DNA of 64,000 bases from positions 8,680,001 through 8,744,000 of the forward strand of contig CM074511.1 in NCBI GenBank assembly GCA_037379345.1, given 5' to 3'. Made by a program: the position numbers and the translations under genes. Below are positions 37,493-48,850 of this stretch, one piece after another (the stretch's first letter is position 1; each line of letters opens with the position of its first letter). Source of the DNA: Perna viridis (taxonomy: Eukaryota). The notes beneath the pieces were generated by a model, which had not been told where the DNA came from, searched no databases, and worked only from the letters and a program-made list of their open reading frames with translations.

Positions 37493-39544
37493 ACATATAA
37501 AGAACCTTATTACAAAACTTCAAATAGAACCCCATTGAGATGGCAATTTATAGGAATTATCACATGTTTTGTTTTTGCTCCTACTTACTAACGAATAAAG
37601 AGCCACAACTCCTCCCCCCCCCCATCCCGAAAAAAAATCAATGCCAGCTTTTTTATAGTGGAATGGAACCTTGTAGTACAATATCATGGAGATCCATTTT
37701 CTTATAGGGTTGTATAAAATCATTCTTGAGAACTTGCTTGAATATTGATATTTGGTACCTCCATATAAGATATATCAAATATAAATTAATGGCAGATTTG
37801 AAGTCATTCATCGATACTGAAACAAGCTTGAAAAGAAACACTTTTCAGAATCTGAAAAGACAAGACACATGATTATAATCCTGTCTGTAAAAACCTTCAA
37901 ATCTTGACAATATTCTATTTAGGGACTAAGGCAAAATCAGTTTAGTGTTATTGTGTTATTGGCAATCACTGATATCTTAGAATGAAGACTGGGTCTCAAG
38001 AACTTGCAGTTATTAAAAAGATGCATTGATGCCGCATGATAAACCATCACCATAAGTTTGGTATTCAAGCTTAGGAACTCAAAAAATTAAAAAGAAGTAA
38101 AGAAGGCTAGGGCCTTTCCATCAAGATAATTAATCATTACATCTGATTTATCAATGGATGAAATGACAACAGTATACCCTTATTTAATATGTCCATCAAA
38201 TGATGAATTGTAAAAATGTTTGACTTCTTTGGCATTATGATCTACTCTTTATTACAAAGCAATCATGGTTTAAGTCTGTTTCAGTTATCATAAAGGTCAA
38301 AGTCCTGCTGAAGGTCATTCAATCAGCATCAGACGATGACCATCTTTTAATCAAATTTGTTGGTCAATGTTTAATCCAACCAACACATTGGACAGATATT
38401 GCTGTGATAAATGACAAATTATAAATCAATGCTATCATCAAAATAAAATGGTTAATTGCTCCCTAGGATATTATTTCTGAGTTTTATTGGAAAAGACAGT
38501 TGCAGACCTTTGCCTAGATCTCTAAGTCTAAAATATAGAAAGTCCACAAAAACAAGATGACAACAATTTTGGGCCTGCTTAACTGTAATACATATGTCAT
38601 ACATATGTCAGCACATATGTCATACATAAATATCTTCAACATATGCATAAACAATAAGCAAATAAAAAAAAATTTAGTATGGTTTACAAATTACCTAAAG
38701 TATGTACTAATGACAACATATTCTGACGAAATGAGACTAAAATCAGCAGGTAAGAACTATATTAAATATTTGTCAAATATGTCAACCAATGGTGATGTGT
38801 TTAGTTTAAACCTATTTTATTTGCATTTTAATGCAAACGGGATTAGATACAAGTTGGACAAACTTATGAAGTCTTCTCTGGTGATGTGTATATACATATA
38901 ATCACTAGGCATAGTTTAAACAATTCTTGAGTCACAGATTACACAAAAAAGGTAACATTCAAAACATAAAATAGGAAAACATGGTGAAATTCAACAAGCT
39001 AAATATGTGAAAAGAAGGATGAGGGTCAATAAGGCCTTTATTTAGGCTAATTGATTCATTGAAAATGTAAAATGAAAACTAAAGGCTATATCATTGCTGA
39101 AGCTATCCCAAAATGAAAAGTTCAAATCATTTCGAAAGAAAAAAAGGAAATATGCACATAATGCGGGTCTACACTGCCATGATCTAGATGGCAGATAGTC
39201 TAGATAAGATAAGATAATCCAAAATTTCTACATGTTGTTCAAAGGAGGCCACTTCAATTTTATACAAACGAGTCAAATTTTATCTCACTTATTTTCAGTA
39301 AAATTACTCGTATCAAGGTGTAACAAACAAAATATGAAAAGATATTTTGACACAATATGATGACAAAATTGAAACAACATAATTTTTTACTCCGAAACAT
39401 TCTATGAATTTTAGGCCATCTTAGAGGCACTTATTCTTTGTCAAATTACTCCACAACATGAGAAGCACATCCTACAAATGTATATAAACCCAGCAAAGTG
39501 TTTGACTAATAATGGTTTTATACTTTATGAGTTAAAAATTGCAA

Positions 39545-40604
39545 AAAGAGGCTCCCGGGAGCCTGAATTGCTCACCTGGCTTAAATTTTGCCTTTCAAGG
39601 ACATAACTCAAACAAGGAGTTGTCTGACAAATTTGACACAAAGAAAATTAGATAGGACTTATCATAAGGATCATATCATTTATTGAAAGTTTCTTTCCAT
39701 CTATTATAGTTTTCAAGATATTGGCTGAAAACAGCTAAAAACATCATTTTTCGCCTTTCAAGGGCAATTGCACTAACAAGAAGTTGTCTGACAACATAGA
39801 TCTCCACACACTTTTGTAGGCCTTATCATTTCAGCAATTGAAAGCTTCTTTCTATCATAGTTTTGAAGATAAAAAAAAACACAACAAATTTCAACTTTTA
39901 AAGGCAATATCTCTATAATGGAGCCATCCGACAACTTTGACCCAATGCAGACTTTTGTAAGCCTTATAATGATGATCACTTCTGCAATTAACACAATTTG
40001 GTTAAACCTAATGGTTTTGGAGATACATGCGAAAAAACTTCTGTCTGACCCTATGTTCTATTTTAGGAATGGCAGCCATGTATTTTTGACAGATCAAAAA
40101 TCCCCACATTAGTTTCATGCAGAATACACTAAGGAACATTCATAAGTAATTTGGTTCAGATTGGTCAAGTAGTGTCAGAGAAGACGATTTTTTGAAGAAA
40201 TAACATTAAAAATAGTAAAAAAAAACATTGAAAAAGGGCAATAACTCCAACATGGCTAAACAGATTAAAATGAAAATTTGACCAGAGATAGATCTCATCA
40301 TGCTGAAAACTTTTGTCCTGTTTGGAATTTGGCTTTACCTAGTGGTTATGGAGATATATCCAAAAAACAGCTGTTTGATCCCTAAGTTTTATTTTTAGTT
40401 ATGGTGGCCATGTTTTTTTGATGGATCAAAAATCTTCACACCAGTTCTATGCAGGATACCCTAAAAAACTTTCATACCAAGTTTGGTTCTTATTGGTCAA
40501 GTAGTTTCAGAGAAGAAGAGTTTTGTAAAATTATTAACGACAATGATGACTGATGCCAATTGATGGCATTAGCTCACCTGGCCTTTGATCAGGTGAGATA
40601 AAAA
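39545..40604 (-). mobile_element. Full-length Helentron-associated non-autonomous element (HINE / Helitron-N2-like)
   Basis: On the - strand it starts TTTTTATCTCACCTG-ATCAAAGGC-CAGGTGAGCT (5' IR). It ends CAGGTGAGCA plus the hairpin AGGCTCC-CG-GGAGCCT-CTTTT (subterminal IR and 3' stem-loop). It has internal diverged tandem repeats and sits in T-runs with no TSD. Confidence 0.85.
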
Positions 40605-41149
40605 GGAGGAACTCACTAAAGGTGATGGACAGATAGACAGACAGAAGTTGAGTGGATACTAGAACTGCTATCAACTTAGTGAAACAAGTAAAACAACTTC
40701 TCCTTGTCTCTAAAGGATCAAACTTGAAATACAACAAAAAAGGCAACATATTTCAAAGAACAGTGAATAAAAACTAGGATGAGATATTCTGAAACATTTA
40801 ATTTGAAATACTGCAACATTCATGTCAAGCCGCATGACTTGAAATCATCAAATAAAAGATAGATTTAGCCAATTTTTTTCTGGAAAAGTAGACACCATAA
40901 CTGCATTTGTGACATTTCTCCTTTAATCATGGAACTTTCTAATTGGTTTATACTACATGGAATCTAATCATTTGTTAACTAATGGCCTCCTTAATACCAG
41001 CAAATATGATTTATCATTATTCATTACATACCATAATGTCCGAAATGCCAAAGGAGTATCAATGAACTGAATAGAGACAGTTAATTTTTTTGTTGGTGAC
41101 ATATTTACATTATCATTAAGGACTACCAAAGATGAAAAAATCTTAATGA

Positions 41150-41385
41150 TTCCTGCAGTATCGTGCACTCAGACTCACCAAATGATGACTGCTGAAGTAC
41201 TGTGAGCTCAAAGTAACCTTGTGATGACTCCTGAAGAACAGGAGTCCACAAAGTCACCAAGTGATCACTCCTGCAGTACTGGTGAACTCAATTGTCACCA
41301 TATGATCATTTCTGCAGTACTGGTGAGCTCCACTATCACCAGATGGTCATTCCCGCAGTACTTCAGAGCTCAATAGTCACCTTAA
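41150..41385. repeat. Degenerate ~39-40-bp minisatellite x~6
   Basis: Units of the form CTGCAGTACTGGTGAGCTCAA..GTCACCA..TGATCA. Confidence 0.75.
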
Positions 41386-42856
41386 ACATTCTATCAATGT
41401 CCATTAAGAACAGCACAACATTTAACATATGTATGACAAGTTTTCCTACCTTCCCTAATTTCTCTTGCTGTCCCAAGCCTTTATTTACCCTGAACAGGGG
41501 AGGGGAAACAATGAAATAAAGTTGTTTTGTTCCAGTATCTGGTCACTAGTATTTAACCTTGAAGTTCCATTTATGTGTAACTATGTACCTGAATCTTACA
41601 CTCCATCACATCCAAGCATTAGGGAAAACTAACAGTATTCAATATTAAGACAAAAGAAATTAAAAAGCGTAAAATATTCTTTTGTCATCTTTTTCCTGTT
41701 TTTTCCATACATGTCAAGGTAATCCGATAACATTGTTATGTTAAATACTTCAAGAAGAATTTAATAAGGCAGAAAATAGATTTCAGTTTTTCATACCATA
41801 GTATTTTTATCAATTATGACAGAGTGCCGAATGTCAGGACAGGAAAGGGTTTGATTTCCTCATCGGTGACATCCAATAAAAGTCAATCGAAGATTTTACT
41901 GACATAAGATGTCAAAAATTGTCAATCTACCATAAAGTAATTAAGAAGACTTAAAAGCTTCTTAGATCTTGAGTTACTTTATATCATGTATCATCTCTAA
42001 ATAAAACTTTTGAACTTGAACTGAAACATAAACTTAATAAGTATATATGTCACTTTGCATGCTATTTTTATCCTTAAAAGGGGGCATACCTCTTAAGTTT
42101 TTTTTTGTTTTTTTGGAGGGGTGGGGGGGGGTTATTATTCCTACTCATTGCCATATACAGTCAGGACAGAATTAATAGTCTACAGATCTATCTGTCTGTA
42201 TGCAGAGCCATACACTGATTATTGACTGGCTGATACAAAGTACCAGGTGCTTGTTACTTACTTAATTAAAAGATTTACTACTAACCAAAACAAGCAGTGT
42301 GTCTAATGAAATGATCAATGCTTAGACAGTATATTGATTGATAACATTCAGTTATAAACCAAAACATCATTAGAAAAATAAATTACAATTGGTAAATCTG
42401 TCAATAATATCAACAAGTATTTATAACTAGAGACTATTGCCTTCAAAACAAACTGAACCCATTAACAGTTTATTCATAAAACACCTTTCCAAATCCTTAT
42501 AAAAAAAGAAATAAGTCCCATTAAAAAATGTCTTCAAGTTAAAAGTTACTAATTGATTAAGCAATCATGTTTCATTAAAAACCTAGTAATGACAAAGATC
42601 ACACATCTATTCCATAAAGGTTCTTCTAGTTATGCCTCAACTTTCAACTTTATTGACTCACTTATAGCAGGGATCTACAACAATGTCTGAATAAGCACAA
42701 CACTGTAATGTTACTCTTTAACTTTGAAGTCAAGATATGCTACAGGCAGAATTACACAGACATATTTTTACCAATAAGTTCTGTTCAAATTAGTATTGAG
42801 ATGGTAAGAGAAAAAATATTAATCTGATATTGGTAATATTAAAAATATGTTTAGCA

Positions 42857-42948
42857 AATCCTTAACAGTATATAATGTGTGGTGCAGGCCTCAATTTCAC
42901 GTAAATCCTTAACAGTATATAATGTGTGGTGCAGGCCTCGATATCACA
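42857..42948. repeat. ~47-bp tandem duplication
   Basis: AAATCCTTAACAGTATATAATGTGTGGTGCAGGCCTC present twice. Confidence 0.9.
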
Positions 42949-43054
42949 TTAAACTGTAAGAGCAAAGGTAATCACAACTTATAGATAATAGCATTGTGAT
43001 TTCTTTTGTGTAAAATCAACACAAGGCTCCAATACTTGATTTCCAAATAAATTA

Positions 43055-44125
43055 GTCAGGCTTACTACCAAGAAAAACAACCAGCAAGGCTTATTACCAA
43101 TTAGAACAACAAGTAAAGCTTACTACAGAGTAGAACAACCAGTACAACTAAATACCAAGTAGAACAATCAGTAAGACTCAATACCAACTAGAACAATCAG
43201 TAAGACTTACTACCAAGTAGGACAATCAGTAAGACTTACTACCAAGTAGAACAATCAGTAAGACTTACTACCAAGTAGGACAATCAGTAAGGCTTACTAC
43301 CAAGTAGAACAATCAATAAGACTTACTACAGAGTAGGACAACCAGTAAGGCTTACTACCAACTAGAACAAACAGTAAGGCTTACTACCAAGTAGAACAAT
43401 CAGTAAGACTTACTACCAAGTAGAACAATCAATAGGACTTATTACCGAGTAGGACAACCAGTAAGGCTTATTACCGAGTAGGACAACCAGTAAGGCTTAC
43501 TACCAACTAGAACAAACAGTAAGGCTTACTACCAAGTAGAACAATCAATAGGACTTATTACCGAGTAGGACAACCAGTAAGGCTTACTACCAACTAGAAC
43601 AATCAGTAAGGCTTACTACCAAGTAGGACAATCAGTAAGGCTTACTACCAAGTAGAACGATCAGTAAGGCTTACTACCAACCAGAACAATCAGTAAGGCT
43701 TACTACCAAGTAGGACGATCAGTAAGGCGTACTACCAACTAGAACAATCAGTAAGGCTAACTACCAGGTGGAACAATCAATAAGACTAACTACCACGTGG
43801 AAAAATCAGTAAGACTTACTACCAAGTGGAACAATCAATTAAGACTTCCTAACAAGTAGTACAACAAGTAAGAATTACTACCAAGTATGACAACCAGAAA
43901 GACTAACAACCAGAACAATCAGTAAGGCTTGCTACCAAGTAGCACAATCAGTAAAGCTTAATACCAAGTAGAACAATCAGTAAGTCCAACTGACAAGTAG
44001 AACAACCAGTAAGGCTTACTACTAACTAGAACAATCAGCTAGGCCTACTTTCAAGTAAAAAATCACTTCGACTTACTTCCAAGACAAAGTTGAACAACCG
44101 GGTAGCCTTATTTCCAAGTCAAACA
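43055..44125. repeat. 29-bp minisatellite, ~36 copies
   Basis: Unit AAGGCTTACTACCAAGTAGAACAATCAGT; homogeneous centre and diverged edges. Confidence 0.95.
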
Positions 44126-44930
44126 ATATAAGACACCAATATTATTTACACTCACTTATAACAGCTGGTAAACAGTTACTCTAGAAATTCTATCCTAATA
44201 TTTATCATCTTTGATGGCCTTGTAAAACATCAGATTGATCAAACCGAGTTGGTTTTATTTCATAATTTTCTCAAGAAAATACCAGCATTACATTACAGGC
44301 GATTCTTCTTTGTCATAATTTCCAGGGAAAATCTGAATACTCTATGAAGAAGTAATGAAGTAGTTTGTTATCAACACATCTAATATAGCGTAAAATCATC
44401 ATCAGAACAAAATAATAATCAAGTTGTCTACATCTGATAAAATAATATTTGCCTTTATAAAGAAAATGTTTTAGTTGAGAGGGTAAATGAGGCAAAAAAA
44501 GCTATCCGAACATTGATTGGATTGGCAATAAATATTCCTGTATTTACTAGGAGTAAGGATATATAGCCATTATACTCTATTCTTTAGATGGTATACTGAC
44601 TATTGTTACTTATTTACTGACAGTGTTAACTCCCCTGATTATGCATATTTACTAACAGCCTTATATTTTCTCACCAAAGGCATTTAACATTACCATAAAT
44701 AGAAGCAAATGAAGACAGCTTCACACTTCAAAATTCAAGATCGACTGAATGTAATATATATGCTGCTTGTATATTGGACCGAAGAAAAATAAAAAAAAAT
44801 AAAACAACAGTAAAAAGTGTCAAATCAACTTGATTTTCAGTCTTGACCTCCCACGTTTTATTGATAAACCTAACCATGTAGATTATTTACCTTATCTTTA
44901 GTTTTTATATGTAATTGAAGTTAGTCTGCG

Positions 44931-45451
44931 CCCTGTGCAGGTCCGGGTGTCAAAAGAATAGGCCTGCAGCAGCACTAAGCTTCTCGTAAAAGGCGATTAA
45001 ACAGTGCTCAGAAACCTAGCTGGGGGCTAGGCACTCTACCCAAAGAGCAACTGGGATGTGTGCCCAGGTGGTGGAATGGGGTACCCCTGGCATGTTACAT
45101 GCTGGGGTTGTCTGGCTATAATACGGAAAACCTGACTGCAAACCATAATGGTGCACCGTGTTGGGAAAGATGTCACGTTCCTCGCATGTTAAAGACCCCT
45201 GCTGTGGTATTCGAAAGGAGTAGGAACCTTTGCGCTCCGCCAAAGGAGACTAAATTACCCAACCTTATCCATCCCTCCCTTTTTCTAGTGGCAATCAAAG
45301 TTTATCGACCCTATTATCCTTGTATCCCATCCCTTTTTTTCATTTCATCATCATTTCATGTTCATTTTATCAACCATTTCATGTTCATCATCTGAATATA
45401 GCTGAAATATGGCTGCTCGGACGTTAAACCCCAACAATCAATCAATCAATC
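44931..45451 (+). mobile_element. SINE-like non-autonomous retroposon: structured RTE-type 5' head, Meta/MESC-like body, (CAAT)n tail
   Basis: A GC-rich island. The head is CCCTGTG...AGAATAGG...GCTTCTCGTAAAAGGCGATTAA, the body includes GCATGTTAAAGACCC...TCGAAAGGAGTAGG, and the tail is GACGTTAAACCCCAA(CAAT)4C. It has many hairpins and no + strand Pol III A/B boxes at the head. Confidence 0.75.
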
Positions 45452-45601
45452 TGTTGTGTAGATCGTGGCCAATTTCTTGGATTTTCTCTGTATTATCCTA
45501 TTTTGGTGCTTTGGTATTTTAGGCTGATATTTTCATATCTATAACTGACTTGTTTAGAAAGGTTGATATCTCAGAATAAGGGTTCCGGTACAATTTGATA
45601 A

Positions 45602-45752
45602 CTGTAAAGTATTTTCATTCGTTTGTTGATTTGACACCTCCATCATACAAATAAGTGGGTAATTTCCTTTTCGTTGGGAACCAATTTCTAAGTGTACCGA
45701 ATAAAGAAAACCACAAAAATTGGTACTCCATGAACCATGATACTTCACCATA
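45602..45752. mobile_element. Degenerate relative of the TA-flanked MITE at 61961-62169
   Basis: Shares TTCGT..G.ACCAATTT and AAAACCACAAAAATTGGTAC.C motifs and has eroded CTGT...CAC ends. Confidence 0.4.
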
Positions 45753-46571
45753 CTTTCTAATGGTTTGTAACTCAGGGCAAGTCTATTGAGGTTAGATGTC
45801 TTTTCTAGATCTTTTTTTAGTCAAGATAATCTGATTTAATTCACTGGGTCTCATATCCCCTTATCTCTTTATTTTGGTATCAAAATAAAAGTGCAAGTCT
45901 GAGATTCCTGTTAATTGTATATCAATTGAATAACACATGAACAAAATTATGACTTGATACATCTTTCTATTTGTGTGTGATTGCTTTTCAAAATAGTTTT
46001 ATCTCAAACCACCCTAGTAATACCAGTGTAGACAGCTAGTTACTCTTTACCTGACATTTATAATTAATTTCTTAATGTTTAAAAGTTTTGCAACTAATTT
46101 TTGATGTCATAATATCTAAAAACCATCATAAATTGATGAAAAAAATTGATAATTTAAAACCTAGGTAATTGAAACTGCACAATAAATACAATGTGTTCTT
46201 AAATTGCTATGGGAGGAGTCTTGTGTGAGATAAAGTTGAAAACTTCAGCACCAACATGTTATAAATACAAAATAAGACCTGGCATGCATGTAGACAGCTA
46301 ATCATTCTCATTTAAAATTTTGCAAAAAATTATCAAGATGTCTATAGGGTAAAAAAATGCTTAAAAAATGAACACTCAAAACAAAAATCTGTAAAGTGCT
46401 AAGGAACTGATCTATTACACAGCAAAGCTATAAAACACACCACAAAACAAACAATCAGTGACAATCATCTATAAGGAAAATAGTAAACCATAAAGAATCA
46501 CCGATTAACCTTACATGACACAAATATATCTGCAATAATCTTATACTGAAGAAAATTGGAAGATCCAAAAG

Positions 46572-48850
46572 TAATAACAACAAAAGTCACATCAATGACA
46601 CTGCATTGGGGTAACAACAAAAAAGTCACATCAATGACACTGCATAGGGATAACAACAAAAATCACATCAATGACACTGCATAGGGGTAACAACAAAAGT
46701 CACATCAATGACACTACATACGGGTAACAACAAAAGTCACATCAATGACACTGCATAGGGGTAACAACAACAAAAAAAGTCACATCAATGACACTGCATA
46801 GGGGTAACAACAACAAAGTCACATCAATGACACTGCATAGGGGTAACAACAACAAAAAAAGTCACATCAATGACACTGCATAGGGGTAACAACAACAAAG
46901 TCACATCAATGACACTGCATAGGGGTAACAACAACAAAAAAAGTCACATCAATGACACTGCATAGGGGTAACAACAACAAAGTCACATCAATGACACTGC
47001 ATAGGGGTAACAACAAAAATCACATCAATGACACTGCATAGGGGTAACAACAACAAAAAAAGTCACATCAATGACACTGCATAGGGGTAACAACAAAAAT
47101 CACATCAATGACACTGCATAGGGGTAACAACAACAAAAAAAATCACATCAATGACACTGCATAGGGGTAACAACAACAAAGTCACATCAATGACACTGCA
47201 TAGGGGTAACAACAAAAATCACATCAATGACACTGCATAGGGGTAACAACAAAAATCACATCAATGACACTGCATAGGGGTAACAACAAAAGTCACATCA
47301 ATGACACTACATACGGGTAACAACAAAAGTCACATCAATGACACTGCATAGGGGTAACAACAACAAAAAAAGTCACATCAATGACACTGCATAGGGGTAA
47401 CAACAACAAAGTCACATCAATGACACTGCATAGGGGTAACAACAAAAATCACATCAATGACACTGCATGGGGTAACAACAACAAAAAAAAATCACATCAA
47501 TGACACTGCATAGGGGTAACAACAACAAAGTCACATCAATGACACTGCATAGGGGTAACAACAAAAATCACATCAATGACACTGCATAGGGGTAACAACA
47601 AAAGTCACATCAATGACACTACATAGGGGTAACAACAAAAGTCACATCAATGACACTGCATAGGGGTAACAACAACAAAAAAAGTCACATCAATGACACT
47701 GCATAGGGGTAGCAACAACAAAGTCACATCAATGACACTGCATAGGGGTAACAACAAAAATCACATCAATGACACTGCATAGGGGTAACAACAACAAAAA
47801 AAATCACATCAATGACACTGCATAGGGGTAACAACAACAAAGTCACATCAATGACACTGCATAGGGGTAACAACAAATAAAGTCACATCAATGACACTGC
47901 ATAGGGGTAACAAAAAAACATCACATCAATGACAATGCATAGACTAACAACAAAAAAATCACATCAATGACACTGCATAGGGGTAACAACAAAAGAAAGT
48001 CACATCAATGACAATGCATAGACTAACAACAAAAAAATCACATCAATGACACTGCATAGGGGTAACAACAAAAAAAGTCACATCAATGACACTGCATAGG
48101 GGTAACAACAAAAAAAATCATATCAATGACACTGCATAGGGGTAACAAAAGAAAAGTCACAACAATGACACTGCATAGGGGTTACCAAAAATAAGTCATG
48201 TCAATGACACTGCATAGGGGTAACAACAACAAAAATCACATCAATTACACTGCATAGGGGTAACAACAAAAAAAAGTCACATCAAAGACACTGCATAGGG
48301 GTAACAACAAATATTAAGTCACAACAATCATACTGCATAGGGGTAACCACAAAAAAAGTCACATCAATCATACTGCATATTGGTAACTACATGGTTATAT
48401 CAATGACGCTGCATACTGGTAACAACAAAATAATGTCTCATCAATCACTCTGCATACCGGTAGGAAGAAAATTAAGGAGGTAGACCTAGGGTAAGGGACA
48501 AAACTCATGAAATCATTGATATGTTTGTATCATATTCAATTTCACCAAATGCTATCAAGCTTTTGTTTGAAGCAGAATAAAATGAATCCAAGTTAATTAG
48601 ATGCTTAAATAAGATTGATGTAAAATGCGGAATACAAACGTTCCAACGAATTTTTAGAGTTGTGTCCCTTACTCTAGTCTACCTCTTTAAGTCACATAAA
48701 TGACACTGCATACTGGTAACAATTTGATGTCACATCAATGACCCTGCATACTGACTACAACAAAACAATGTCACATCAATGACCTTACATAGTGGTAACA
48801 GGTTCTAGTATATTTCAAGCAGATCAACAGCTCTGCATACTGGTGACAAG
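46572..48850. repeat. ~37-43-bp minisatellite (~50 copies) interrupted near its right end by a MITE
   Basis: Core TCACATCAATGACACTGCATAGGGGTAAC plus a variable (AAC)n/poly-A linker. Diverged units continue at 48691-48850. Confidence 0.97.
48476..48686. mobile_element. 211-bp TTAA-flanked MITE (Kolobok-like)
   Basis: TTAA at 48472-48475 and 48687-48690. TIRs GGAGGTAGACCTAGGGTAAGGGACAAAACTC / GAGTTGTGTCCCTTACTCTAGTCTACCTCT. A second copy starts at 63807. Confidence 0.9.

Noticed and set aside
45016-45395. ORFs of 75 and 111 aa
   Set aside because: They fall within the GC-rich SINE-like element, so open frames are expected from composition.
46572-48460. CRISPR-like constant repeat with variable spacers
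   Set aside because: The linkers are short (AAC)n/poly-A slippage variants, not unique spacers.
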